Translations under genes and position numbers: made by a program
Source of the DNA: a virus
Strand: one strand, 5' to 3'
Virus record (IMG/VR): IMGVR_UViG_3300044609_000595
Span: 32,001 to 96,000 of that record
Length of the DNA: 64,000 nt
In this document: positions 17,070-27,700 of the stretch, in pieces
Layout: each line of letters starts with the position of its first letter
How positions within the stretch are numbered: position 1 is the first letter of the stretch
Notes under the pieces: model-generated
Databases searched by the model: none
Seen by the model: only the letters and a program-made list of their open reading frames with translations
What the model was told of the DNA's origin: nothing

Positions 17070-17822
17070 ATGCCACGAGCAAGAAAAAGAAACACCCCCG
17101 ACATTGCTGGTATGAGCACCAAGCAAATGAAAAGGAAGAAGCCAATTAGTTCTGATTATCTTCTGAATATTGAACCGCTTACAGATAATCAGCGTATTAT
17201 GTTTGAGGAGTATGGGCGAGGTCAAAACATCTTTGCCTATGGTGCTGCTGGAACTGGTAAAACATTCTTAGCTTTGTTCCTCGCTCTTCGTGATGTTCTA
17301 GATGAAAACACCCCATACGAAAAAGTATATGTGGTACGTTCTCTAGTCGCCACCAGAGAAATTGGCTTCCTTCCTGGTACACATGAAGACAAAGCATCAC
17401 TTTATCAAATTCCATATAAGAATATGGTAAAGTATATGTTTGAAATGCCGAATGATGGAGCATTTGATATGCTTTATGAAAATTTAAAAGCACAGGAAAC
17501 TGTCAGCTTTTGGTCTACTTCATTCCTTCGTGGTACTACACTTGATAAAGCTATTGTTATTGTAGATGAATGCCAAAACTTAAACTTCCACGAACTTGAT
17601 TCTATCATCACTCGTGTTGGTGAAGATACTAAGATTATGTTCTGTGGTGATGCTAGTCAGTCTGACCTTCAGCGTAGCAATGAACGTTCGGGTATCATTG
17701 ATTTCCAACGTATTCTTCAACAGATGAAAGAGTTCTCGTTAGTAGAATATGGTGTTGATGATATTGTTCGATCTGGTCTTATCAAATCATATCTAATTGC
17801 AAAAATTAATCTAGGTCTCTAA
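17070..17822 (+). CDS. phoH: PhoH family ATPase
   Basis: GAAGTGKT Walker A, EIGFLPG, FLRG, IVDECQN, GDASQSDL. Confidence 0.95.
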   Translation: MPRARKRNTPDIAGMSTKQMKRKKPISSDYLLNIEPLTDNQRIMFEEYGRGQNIFAYGAAGTGKTFLALFLALRDVLDENTPYEKVYVVRSLVATREIGFLPGTHEDKASLYQIPYKNMVKYMFEMPNDGAFDMLYENLKAQETVSFWSTSFLRGTTLDKAIVIVDECQNLNFHELDSIITRVGEDTKIMFCGDASQSDLQRSNERSGIIDFQRILQQMKEFSLVEYGVDDIVRSGLIKSYLIAKINLGL

Positions 17823-18514
17823 TGAAAATTTTTAATCATGTTGGTCTGATTGACCCAATCGAAATGAATACGGTGACTATTGATGGTAAGAGATACTATG
17901 TAACTCCCACCAACAAAAAACATAAATCAGTTACCACTGTGATTAGTAATAACCCAGCAAAGAAAAAATCTTTGATGGAATGGAGAAAGCGGGTCGGTGA
18001 AGATAAGGCAAACCGAATCTCCACACGATCCGCTACCAGAGGCACACGGTATCATAAACTTACTGAGAATTATATTAACAATGAACATGATGATACTTTA
18101 TATCAAGATGTTCCTTTGGTTTGGTTGATGTTCAATTCCTCACGTAAAATTCTTGATAACATAAATAACGTGTATCTACAAGAGGCCGCTTTATATTCTG
18201 ATTATCTAAGAATCGCTGGACGAGTTGATTGCATAGCAGAATATAATGGTAAACTTTCTATCATTGATTTCAAAACATCCGCTGAGGAAAAGAAAGAAGC
18301 ATACCTTTATGATTATTACGTTCAAGAAACAGCATACGCTTGTATGCTGCAAGAACTATATGGTCTGAAAGTTGAACAACTTGTTACAATCGTTGCTTGT
18401 GAAACTGGCGACGTTCAAGTTAGTATCGTGCCTCCTAAAAAAGAATACTTTGTTAAATTACAACAGTACATTAGGGAGTACGAAGAAACATATGAAAGAA
18501 ACATTGGAGGATAA
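17822..18514 (+). CDS. PD-(D/E)xK (RecB/Cas4-like) exonuclease
   Basis: SVTTVI, RGTRYH, AGRVDCIAEY, IIDFKTS, YYVQETAY. Confidence 0.88.
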   Translation: MKIFNHVGLIDPIEMNTVTIDGKRYYVTPTNKKHKSVTTVISNNPAKKKSLMEWRKRVGEDKANRISTRSATRGTRYHKLTENYINNEHDDTLYQDVPLVWLMFNSSRKILDNINNVYLQEAALYSDYLRIAGRVDCIAEYNGKLSIIDFKTSAEEKKEAYLYDYYVQETAYACMLQELYGLKVEQLVTIVACETGDVQVSIVPPKKEYFVKLQQYIREYEETYERNIGG

Positions 18515-18737
18515 ATTTATGACAGCTGCGAGATTTTCGCAGGATGTGGAGAAGATAGCTCACGAAAACTCAATGAATTATATTGATGCTATTGTCCACT
18601 ACTGCGAAACAAATGAAATTGAAATTGAATCAGTTCCCAAACTGATCTCTAAACCACTAAAAGAAAAACTGAAGTATGATGCTCAGAAGCTAAACTTCAT
18701 GAAGAAAACATCTAGAGCAAAACTTATGCTTGTCTAA
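18492..18737 (+). CDS. gp33: Late promoter transcription coactivator gp33
   Basis: NYIDAIVHYCE...KLISKPLKEKL...LNFMKKTSRAKL; position before gp32. Confidence 0.85.
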   Translation: MKETLEDKFMTAARFSQDVEKIAHENSMNYIDAIVHYCETNEIEIESVPKLISKPLKEKLKYDAQKLNFMKKTSRAKLMLV

Positions 18738-18739
18738 TC

Positions 18740-19081
18740 ATGTCCGACTTTTTTAAATCAGAATTAGTGAGGGGAGACATCCAAGAAATGGCAGAACTAC
18801 AAAGGTTCTGCTTTCAATCTATGGTTGCCTTCCCTGTTCTTTCTTCAGAAAAGAAGATGGAATACTTTCAAATTATGGAAACACTTATAGAAAAACAAAA
18901 GATTTTCTATACTAGATTGTGTTTAAGTGACGACCCAGAAGCCGTTGAAATGGCTGAAAATATGAAGCAAGCTGCAGTAATGATGGGTGCCACACCAGAT
19001 GATAACATGAATGTTATGTTCGATGATCTGCTGGTGAAGGTAAGCAAAATGAAAGAGCAGCTAGAGGCTCAGGGGGGTTGA
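18740..19081 (+). CDS. Conserved cyanophage protein (DUF1825-like)
   Basis: FFKSELVR...LIEKQKIFYTRLCLSDDPEA. Confidence 0.75.
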   Translation: MSDFFKSELVRGDIQEMAELQRFCFQSMVAFPVLSSEKKMEYFQIMETLIEKQKIFYTRLCLSDDPEAVEMAENMKQAAVMMGATPDDNMNVMFDDLLVKVSKMKEQLEAQGG

Positions 19082-19106
19082 CGCAGCCCTGAGCCCGTGT
19101 TATGAT
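19078..19106 (+). promoter_or_regulatory. Sigma70-type promoter for gp32
   Basis: TTGACG-17-TATGAT, with the -35 inside the inverted repeat GGCTCAGGG/CCCTGAGCC. Confidence 0.75.
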
Positions 19107-19161
19107 GATTAGGTGATCCAGCGTCACACAAGCCAAATCCAATTATCCAAGGAATATCCGT

Positions 19162-20043
19162 ATGTCATTTGCAGATCTTAAGCGCAAGTCTCAGAGCAGC
19201 TTTGAGTTTCTCCAGAAGGAACTTGAAAAGTCCAGCACCCAATCAGGTGCCGACGATAGGCTCTGGAAGCCCGAACTTGACGCTTCTGGTAACGGTTATG
19301 CTGTAATCCGTTTCCTGCCCGCTCCCGAAGGAGAGAGCGTACCCTGGGCAAAGATTTATAACCACGCATTTAAAGGTCCTGGTGGCTGGCTGATTGATAA
19401 TTGTCCCACCACTAATGGTGACAAGTGCCCAGTCTGTGCTGCCAATACCAAGCTTTGGAATAGTGGTATTGAATCTGATAAAGAAGTTGCTCGTCAACGT
19501 AAGCGTAAGCTTTCTTATTACAGCAACATCTATGTTGTCAACGATCCCAAGAATCCTGACAACAATGGAAAGGTAATGCTTTTCAAGTATGGCAAAAAGA
19601 TTCACGATAAGATTCTTGCTGCTATGCAACCTGAGTTCCAAGATGAAACTCCTATCAACGTGTTTGATCTCTGGGAAGGTGCTAACTTTAAGATCAAGAT
19701 CCGTACCATTGGTGGTTATTGGAACTATGATGCTTCTGAGTTTGCTTCTCCCGCAGCTCTTAGTTCTGACGATGATGAGCTGGAACTGATTTGGAAGCAA
19801 GAGCATTCTCTGGAAGCATTTACTTCTACTGATGAGTTTAAATCTTACGAGGAACTGGAAACTCGTATGTCTTCTGTACTTGGCACTGCTCCTGCAACCC
19901 GTCAGGCTCAGTATGATGAAGATGAAGAACCGACTCCTGTAGCTACAGCAACTGTGGCTCGTGATGTTGATCTTCCTTCTTTCAAGTCTGAAGATGATGA
20001 TGATGCTCTCAGTTACTTTGCCCGACTGGCAGAGGAAGACTGA
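19162..20043 (+). CDS. gp32: Single-stranded DNA-binding protein gp32
   Basis: MSFADLK, DDRLWKP, GNGYAVIRFLP, CPTT...CPVC, acidic tail DDALSYFARLAEED. Confidence 0.95.
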   Translation: MSFADLKRKSQSSFEFLQKELEKSSTQSGADDRLWKPELDASGNGYAVIRFLPAPEGESVPWAKIYNHAFKGPGGWLIDNCPTTNGDKCPVCAANTKLWNSGIESDKEVARQRKRKLSYYSNIYVVNDPKNPDNNGKVMLFKYGKKIHDKILAAMQPEFQDETPINVFDLWEGANFKIKIRTIGGYWNYDASEFASPAALSSDDDELELIWKQEHSLEAFTSTDEFKSYEELETRMSSVLGTAPATRQAQYDEDEEPTPVATATVARDVDLPSFKSEDDDDALSYFARLAEED

Positions 20044-20050
20044 TAAAACT

Positions 20051-20077
20051 AAAGGGGGTCGTAAGACCCCCTTTTTT
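20051..20077. terminator. Bidirectional terminator
   Basis: AAAGGGGGTC-GTAA-GACCCCCTTTTTT between convergent gp32 and gp53. Confidence 0.9.
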
Positions 20078-20726
20078 ATACTCCAGTTTTTTTCAAGTCA
20101 TTTGATATGTAATCAGATGACTTACTATACAGATTAGTTTTTTTGAAATCAGCAATGAATGGTTCTATGTACTGTGGTTTCAGTAAATAAATTTCTCTCT
20201 TCTTTTCATTTTCATTTGATTCATATTCAAATACAGTAACTGGATATGATATTTCACTACCAAGAACTTCTGCAACACCATTACCATTCCAGTATTTAAA
20301 TGTTGATTCATGGAATGTTTCATCAACAATCAGACCACTCTTTAATACAATAGTTCCTTGACTATTCTTTACTTCTGTTGTTTCATAATGATGAATCTCT
20401 CCATATGGATTTTCGTAATTTGATTCGATGTGTTTTCTTAAATCATATTCTGACAGAGGCATATCAAATAAAGGATTAATCATATTATTTGTTAATACAA
20501 TTACCCAGTCCATGAAAGGATCATTGTACATTTTTTCAGCAATGCTATCTAATCTTTCTCCATTTTTTACAGCATACTTTTTAAAGTATACAGAGTAAGA
20601 GAATACATCTGGATTAATTTGGTATCTTCTAAAGAAATTTTTTGCTCGTACAAAATCAGATTCCGAAAAAGGATAACGGATTGGTTTCGTATCGTATTCA
20701 ATATCTGGTATGTTTCTGAAGTACAT
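20076..20726 (-). CDS. gp53: Baseplate wedge protein gp53
   Basis: YFRNIPDIEY, GERLDSIAEKMY...DWVIVLTNN, IHHYET, YESNENEKKREI. Confidence 0.9.
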   Translation of the reverse strand: MYFRNIPDIEYDTKPIRYPFSESDFVRAKNFFRRYQINPDVFSYSVYFKKYAVKNGERLDSIAEKMYNDPFMDWVIVLTNNMINPLFDMPLSEYDLRKHIESNYENPYGEIHHYETTEVKNSQGTIVLKSGLIVDETFHESTFKYWNGNGVAEVLGSEISYPVTVFEYESNENEKKREIYLLKPQYIEPFIADFKKTNLYSKSSDYISNDLKKTGV

Positions 20727-20727
20727 G

Positions 20728-21807
20728 TTAGTAACTATTGCCCTCTAGATTTACGTCGTTTGCAAATAGCAGTTTGGTTTCTTTAAAACTTACTGTCAAT
20801 TGTGTTGATACTGGAGATCCACCTTGGTATGTAGCATAAGCACCATCAGGTGTATAGTTAACATCAACACCAGCAATAGCACATAACTTATACATTGGTA
20901 GATACTCGTGTATTTTTCCAGCTCTCATATAAGTTACTTGACACAACTTAGGAACTGTCAATAGAGCTACGGATTCTCCGCCAAATGATTGACCACCCAA
21001 TTCAGGTAGCATTGCTTTTTTAAATGTGTTACAGATTGTTTTGATATTGATTGCTTCTCCTGCAGATTTGGGTGTCATTTTAAATGTCAATCCAAACGTC
21101 CTTAGATCAGCTCCTTGGTATAGCATTTCAGTATTGGGATTTAAAATTGTTCCTGATACAGAACCCATAAATTGATCCAAACCAATGTTGGAACCAGTCA
21201 TGCTATTGATTCCTTTCAGTGCAAGATCATAGAATTTAGATTTTGTCATCCCCTCTAATGCATCAATAGCAACTTCTGGCTCTGGTAATTTTCCACCAAG
21301 ACCTCTCATCATTCCTACTGCTGCAGTACCAAAGTCTGCTCCACCCCATCTAGCACCATACTGAGATTGAATATCCTCTGGCATGTAAAGTACAATTGAT
21401 GCAAAACCAGATGCTTTTTTTGCCTTCTCACTTGAACCAGATGCGTTATAAAAATTGTATGCATTAGATGCACTAAATTCATCGAGACCTCCCTGACCTT
21501 TACCTTTGCCGAAGGGAGGATTATAATCAAAGAACTCAAACACTACATAATCAGTTTCTGATGCAGTTATATTACTAGGGTATCTTAAACTGCCAGTAGA
21601 AGTATTGTTTATTGATGGTTTTAATCTAATGGTGCCATCTGTTTTTGAATCAGCAGCAAATTCTGATAATGATGTAGTAGATTCTGCGTTTGCTCTGGCT
21701 GCAGCTTCAGTTACAGGAATAATAGGTCTGCCCTCAGTATCTCGTACTCCAGTTGTACCTGGGGTTGTTGTTGGTAAACCAAATTCTCCTGGTGTGTAAT
21801 CTGACAT
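20728..21807 (-). CDS. gp48: Baseplate tail-tube cap gp48
   Basis: LRYP, LYMPEDI, NPNTEMLYQG..LRTF, VNYTPDG..YATY, SFKET. Confidence 0.85.
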   Translation of the reverse strand: MSDYTPGEFGLPTTTPGTTGVRDTEGRPIIPVTEAAARANAESTTSLSEFAADSKTDGTIRLKPSINNTSTGSLRYPSNITASETDYVVFEFFDYNPPFGKGKGQGGLDEFSASNAYNFYNASGSSEKAKKASGFASIVLYMPEDIQSQYGARWGGADFGTAAVGMMRGLGGKLPEPEVAIDALEGMTKSKFYDLALKGINSMTGSNIGLDQFMGSVSGTILNPNTEMLYQGADLRTFGLTFKMTPKSAGEAINIKTICNTFKKAMLPELGGQSFGGESVALLTVPKLCQVTYMRAGKIHEYLPMYKLCAIAGVDVNYTPDGAYATYQGGSPVSTQLTVSFKETKLLFANDVNLEGNSY

Positions 21808-22670
21808 TACTTGATTCTCTCTATATCTTTCCTGTTGGTTCCTTTAACGATTCTTGTGCCTTTGATACGATCATTCCAGTATTGATTTGTTTCTTCCCAA
21901 ACATATTCTTTTGGGTATTCAATTTTACCACCGCCTTTCATCAACACAAAATCTTCTACAGGAAGAGCAGAAGCAGTCACCCATTCTTGTTTTGCTAAAT
22001 CTAAGAACAAACTTTTACATCTTTTATAAAGATATTTATGAATGATTACCTTAGGAATGTCAATCATTCCCTTTTCTAGTTTATCAATAACTATTAATCT
22101 TTTCTTTGGTGCTAGATAATGTAAATTGGCACCCCAAAATTCTCCTCCAGATACTTTCATCACATATAATAAAGGATACTTATCATAGTATGGAAGGTCT
22201 GGTGTCTCTGCTTTGTATTCAAAAAAGCATAGGTGTCCAGGAAATATTACACGACGATTTACATTTTGATCTTGATTAACTAACGCTCCAATCGAATCAA
22301 ATTTCTCTTGCTCATTCATGCGAGAGGGTTCTGTTTTGATTGAAGCACTTAAAGACTTTAGAGTTGTTTTATACCACGTTAAGCTTTTACTTTCTCCCTC
22401 AGTTTTATCTTTAATCTTTTCGAATATTGTTTGACTTGTTTGTTGTTTGCCTGCTTGGATAAACCCCTCGGTTTTACTAACAGCATCGGCTAACTCATTC
22501 ATATCTTTGTATGAAGAGTAACGTTTTATGCCATACTTAGAAGCAAGAGCACGTATTTGATCACGAGTGTAATTACTTAAGGATGGTAACTCATGACCGC
22601 TCAAATAAGACCATCTATCAATAGCATCTTTAGCATATGATTTTGGTTTTAAATTATTCTTAGCTGCCAT
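21807..22670 (-). CDS. gp2: DNA end protector gp2 with N-terminal extension
   Basis: FFEYKAET..LPYYDKYPL, FWGANLHYL, IHKYL, LPVEDFV. Confidence 0.85.
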   Translation of the reverse strand: MAAKNNLKPKSYAKDAIDRWSYLSGHELPSLSNYTRDQIRALASKYGIKRYSSYKDMNELADAVSKTEGFIQAGKQQTSQTIFEKIKDKTEGESKSLTWYKTTLKSLSASIKTEPSRMNEQEKFDSIGALVNQDQNVNRRVIFPGHLCFFEYKAETPDLPYYDKYPLLYVMKVSGGEFWGANLHYLAPKKRLIVIDKLEKGMIDIPKVIIHKYLYKRCKSLFLDLAKQEWVTASALPVEDFVLMKGGGKIEYPKEYVWEETNQYWNDRIKGTRIVKGTNRKDIERIK

Positions 22671-22671
22671 G

Positions 22672-23109
22672 TTATACTCCTAGATGATCTTCTGTGAGGA
22701 TTAAAAACTTCATCTGCCTATCTTCACAGAAGTCTTCTGCTGCTGCCCACTTGGCACGATTCTTCATGTAGGTTAGGACTTCTCTTTTCCAAGCAGCAGT
22801 TTTTCTTTTTGGTTTTTCAACTGGACCAGCAACTTGTTTCTTTGGTTTAACTTCTATCAAATACTTATTAATATTTCCTTCTTTACTTTTAACTTTGATG
22901 TAGAAGTCTGGAAAGTATCTATGAACTCTACCATCAGTAGGACAACGATAGGGAATAATTACTTCTTCACTTCCCCACTCTACAATACTATCGTTGCCAT
23001 CACAAAACACCATAAATTTCCGCTCCCACATAGAACGGTAGATAATTCTCGTAGGGTTTCCTCTATATTTTTTTGGGTTCTTTGGTTTGTAAATACCAGA
23101 ATACGCCAT
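22672..23109 (-). CDS. gp4: Head completion nuclease gp4
   Basis: YKPKNPKKYRG..IIYRSMWER, WGSEE, HRYFPDF, EVKP, ILTEDHL. Confidence 0.92.
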   Translation of the reverse strand: MAYSGIYKPKNPKKYRGNPTRIIYRSMWERKFMVFCDGNDSIVEWGSEEVIIPYRCPTDGRVHRYFPDFYIKVKSKEGNINKYLIEVKPKKQVAGPVEKPKRKTAAWKREVLTYMKNRAKWAAAEDFCEDRQMKFLILTEDHLGV

Positions 23110-23139
23110 AAATACATATACCCTCCATGTATATTTAGA

Positions 23140-23844
23140 GTGGCAAAGAACGATTCAATAGCTCAATTTATCAGCGTCATATCTCGTGGCGGTGGTATGT
23201 CCATGACAAATGGTTATGACGTTGAGTTTGAACTGCCTTCTGAATTAGCACAAACAATTAGCAGCACGGTTAAAATTAATCCAAACACAAAAAATACTAC
23301 TGAGCTTGGGTATTTAATTAGTTTACTGTGCGACGAAGCACAGCTTCCAAATATTCAAGCAGCAACTGCACAAATAACTGGAGTGCATATGGGAGAAGGC
23401 CAAGTTAGTTATCCCCACACAAAACTATACAGTGACTTTAGTTTGAGCTGGATGTGCGATGCTAACATGACTCCATTAAAGTTTATTACCACTTGGCATA
23501 ATTTCATTTTCAATGGATTATCTACAGAGGAAATAAAAACTTTATCAAAAAATAAATTGAGCACTGTCAAAACTGTTAACCCAAATTTAATTAATAGAGC
23601 AGTTCGTTTACAATATCCAGAAAAATATTTGGCTACAGTTAGAGTAACCAAAACTGAAAAGGGAGCTAATGCTCCAAATAGTAGAGCACCAATTTCATAT
23701 ATCATGGAAGAATGTTATCCATATGCTATTGATGCAGTTCCTTTATCGTATGGCACTTCACAGATAACTAAAGTGACTGCTAATTTTTATTATAGAAAGC
23801 ATACTGTGGCTTATAATGATATCACCAATGGATATAAGGGATAA
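23140..23844 (+). CDS. gp54: Baseplate tail-tube initiator (gp54/gp19-like)
   Basis: LCDEAQLP, YPYAIDAVPLSYG..QITKVTANFYY; GTG start at 23140 (the 22834 start is implausible because it overlaps gp4). Confidence 0.75.
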   Translation: MAKNDSIAQFISVISRGGGMSMTNGYDVEFELPSELAQTISSTVKINPNTKNTTELGYLISLLCDEAQLPNIQAATAQITGVHMGEGQVSYPHTKLYSDFSLSWMCDANMTPLKFITTWHNFIFNGLSTEEIKTLSKNKLSTVKTVNPNLINRAVRLQYPEKYLATVRVTKTEKGANAPNSRAPISYIMEECYPYAIDAVPLSYGTSQITKVTANFYYRKHTVAYNDITNGYKG

Positions 23845-23872
23845 ATAATTACACGAATTGATTTAAAGATAC

Positions 23873-24586
23873 ATGGCATTACCTAAGCTTGGTGTACCTA
23901 CATTTGAATTAGAATTACCCTCAACTAAAAAAGTTATTAAGTATAGACCTTTCATTGTTAAGGAAGAAAAGGTTTTATTGATTGCACTAGAATCGGAAGA
24001 CGAAGATCAAATTTTTGCAGCGGTAAAAGATTTGATTAAAAATTGTGTGATTAGTAGAATCAAAGTAGATGATCTTCCTGCATTTGATTTGGAATATATT
24101 TTCTTGAGAATTCGTGCAGCAGCAGTAGGCGAAATTATTGATATGAATGTGACATGCACAGATGACAATGCCACTAGAGTTCAAACTCAAATTAATATTA
24201 ATGATGTAGAAGTATACTTCCCAGAAGGTCATACCAATAAGGTCATGCTTACTGACAACTTGGGTATTGTTATGAAGTATCCTGGTATGCAACGTTTTAT
24301 TGAAGCAGAATTTTTAGAAAAAGATATCAAGACAGAAGAAGTATTTAATTTCATTGCTGATTCTATTGAACAAATTTTTGATGCTGAAGAAGTTTATGAT
24401 TCTTCTACCACATCCAAGAAAGAATTTCGAGAGTTTGTTGAAGGGTTAACAACAAAACAGTTTGAAGAAATTCAAAAATTTTATGAGACTATGCCCAAAC
24501 TTCAACATAAATTTAAAGTAGTTAATCCAAATACTGGTGTCGAATCTGAGTACACTATTGAGGGTCTACAGAATTTTTTCGCATAG
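23873..24586 (+). CDS. gp26: Baseplate hub assembly protein gp26
   Basis: MALPK..PTFELELPS..IKYRPFIVKEEK, FDLEYIFLRIR, MPKL, EGLQNFF. Confidence 0.92.
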   Translation: MALPKLGVPTFELELPSTKKVIKYRPFIVKEEKVLLIALESEDEDQIFAAVKDLIKNCVISRIKVDDLPAFDLEYIFLRIRAAAVGEIIDMNVTCTDDNATRVQTQININDVEVYFPEGHTNKVMLTDNLGIVMKYPGMQRFIEAEFLEKDIKTEEVFNFIADSIEQIFDAEEVYDSSTTSKKEFREFVEGLTTKQFEEIQKFYETMPKLQHKFKVVNPNTGVESEYTIEGLQNFFA

Positions 24587-24603
24587 CACTCTTCCAAAAT
24601 AGT

Positions 24604-24765
24604 ATGGAAGGGTACTATAAAACAAATTTTGCTTTGATGCAGTATCATAAATACTCTTTGACTGAGATTGAAAATTTGATGCCGTGGGAAAGAGAAGTAT
24701 ATACTTCTTTATTGATGCAGTATATTCAGGAAGAAAAAGCAAAACAAGAAGCAGCTAATCGATGA
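24604..24765 (+). CDS. gp51: Baseplate hub assembly catalyst gp51-like (53 aa), not in the ORF track
   Basis: MEGYYKTNFALMQYHKYSLTEIENLMPWEREVYTSLL...*. Confidence 0.8.
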   Translation: MEGYYKTNFALMQYHKYSLTEIENLMPWEREVYTSLLMQYIQEEKAKQEAANR

Positions 24766-27700
24766 TACCCGAAAAGGCGATAAAACCAATAAGAAAAAAC
24801 GGCAGAGATAATACAGAAATTGCTGTTGGAACTCTTATTGCTTATAGAGTTTTTCCACACACACAAGAAGGTATTCAAAAAGCAAAGGATACTATTGCTG
24901 CCAATGATAATTGGCTAGTTCCTTCATTGCTACCAGAATATTATGATGGTATTGATAGTGACTTGATGGTTGGCAAAGAGAATGATGCTATACGAGCGAT
25001 CACTAGACAGTTAAAAGAATTTTATGGTATATCTTCTGCTGGAACTGAAACTGCTGAAGATACTAAAACTCCAATAGAACCAGAACCAGTTGAGGAAATT
25101 AAAAAACCGCAGCAACGAAATGTAAATCATCCTAAATTATATCCAGAACTACAAAAGTTTATTAAACCTCGCTATATGTGGGGTCAGAGAGGATTATATG
25201 ATTTAAATTTTAAATCTGATATTGATAAAGCAATTTATTATGCTGGGGCATCAAGTAAAAATAAACAGGGGGATATGATTTCCCCAAATGAAAAAAAATT
25301 AGCTATTAGAGAATGGATATTTGCCGTTACTGGTTTAAATTATCGTGATGATTATGATGAATTAAAAGAATACAGAAAGAGAATTCTTGAGTATATTGTT
25401 ACTGGTCTAAGAACAGATACAATAGAAGATGATGGTGGGGAATTGATTATTCCACCAATCTATGATGGTCCATTTGATGAACCAAATCAAGAAGAAGACT
25501 ATGATGAAGAGGAAGAAGATGAAGAAGAACCAGAAGGTTTAGATGATCTACTTGATTTTGTTAAAGTAGAAGAAGAGCTACCTGAAGAAAAAGAAGTAGC
25601 AGAAAATATTGAAGAACAAATTGTTGATGCTATAGAAGCGGATGATGATGAAGAAGGTGATATAGGATCGGAAGATGACATCCCAGATGAACTATTGCAG
25701 GATGAATTAGATCCAGAATTTGTAGAGCAACTTGTTGTTACGGTAAACAAAAGAAAAAATAAACCAAGAAAACCAAGAACAGGAAGTTATGTAACTAACA
25801 CTAAAATTTTTAAATTTTTAACCACAAATCTTTATAAAATTCAAGGTCAACTTGATAGTATTGATAAGTCATTACAGGAGCAAACACAATTAGTTCAAGC
25901 TAATTTACAAGTTACTTCTGGAATATATGAAAATTTAGATATACAAAATGAAATCATTGGTCAGAAACTAGATGCTATACTACAAGTTTTTAACAAGCAA
26001 ACTGAAATATCTAAACAATTTGCGGAGGATGAAGAGCGTCGATTAGCAGAACAAAGATTAGAAAATCAAGTTGATATTGCTGGAACAGAAACACCAGCAG
26101 ATCTCAGAGGAAAGGGAGCAACTGGTAAAAAAAGACAGTCGAAAATTTCACAATACTATAGAAGAAAATTACTTAGACAAGCATATAGAAAATTACCAAA
26201 AAAACTTAGATCATTAAGAACTGAAACAAGAAGACTACAAAAAATTCCTGGTAAAATTTCTGCAGGAATTAAATCTTCTGCTGCCAATAGAATTACTCGT
26301 ATACTCCCTAAAAAAGTATCAAACTTTACTAATAATTTGAGAGCATCTAGAGCAGCAGCTCAGGGGATGGGTGGTGTGTCGAAGTTAAAAGGTGTTGGTA
26401 GAAACATTCCTGGAATAAGACAAGCACTTTCTGCGTTAGAATATTCTGAAAGGAAATCGGCTGGACAATCTGAGGTTCAGGCAATTGCAGGAGTGGGTGG
26501 ATCACTCGCTGGGGCAGCCGCAGGAGCCGCTCTAGGCACGATGTTATTCCCTGGGGTGGGGACGGTAGCTGGTCTGTTGATCGGGGCTGCATTCAGCGCC
26601 GCAGGCAGTATGGCGGGGTCTAAAATTGCAGACATATCAACTGGAGCAGATAAAATAAATGGGGAGCATGAAGTTGGCGGACTAACCAAACCAGGAACAG
26701 CTATACTTCATGGCACAGAAGCAATCGTGGATCAAAATATTGCTAATATGCAACCAGTAGATCCAGTTGGTGGAACTATTCTTGCTGCAACAACTCAATA
26801 CATTAATAAACTTGGACCAATTGGTGCTCCTATTGCTCCTATGTTTGAGCAAGTAGCTGCTCCATTAGCAAAAGTATATGATGTACCAAGTACTTTGGTG
26901 CAAGCTAATGTGGGTGGTTCTTTACCATCACTTCAGTCTACTATAAAAAAAGTTAGAGATAAAAAAAAGAAAACTCCCGAAGAAAAGTTGGGAGCAATCG
27001 AAAAAGATCTTTTAGAAACTAAAGATCCAGAGTCTTTTGCTGATAAACTTTTGAAGATGCTTGATCCAGAAGGAAAGTTCCAACAATTACTTAAAAATAT
27101 AAATGCTACTACCACACCAACAATAGATGGCGATTCTCTTATGGCTGAAGGTGGTTACGCAGTGGAAGCATCCGATGTAGGAGATAAATTTGGTGACAGA
27201 GGAGGAAAACATAGAGGTATTGATATTGCAAGCAGTAGATTTACAATGGGTACACCTATCTCAATTATCAAACCAGGAACTGTAGTTGATGTTGGGAGAC
27301 TTTCACAAGGATCTGGTGATCCAGGTGGATGGGGAAATTTTGTAGTTGTTAAACATGATGATGGATTATATTCTTTGTATGGTCACTTAAGTGAAATTAA
27401 TGCCGCAAAAGGACAAAGATTGGAACCATCATCTGCTGGAGTCTTTCCAGTAATTGGTAAAATAGGAAGCACTGGAAGATCTACTGGAGCACATTTGCAT
27501 TTGGAAGTTGGTACAGGATGGTCTGGAGGAGTTTTAACTGGGCATATGAATCCTTTACCTATTGTTAATCAATTATTACGTGGTGGAGGAAATGTTAAAA
27601 AAATTGATAGACCAACGGGAACTCCAGTAAAAGTAGAAGGTCTTGGTCAACAAGGAATTATGGGAAATAAAAATCTTGGACAGGTTTCTGGTGTTGGTAA

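Noticed and set aside
22834-23139. Long N-terminal extension of the gp54-like ORF
   Set aside because: Overlaps gp4 on the opposite strand; GTG 23140 follows a late-promoter-like CATAAATA
26430-26640. Local GC-rich patch in the hub gene
   Set aside because: Explained by a Gly/Ala-rich glycine-zipper coding segment rather than an insertion
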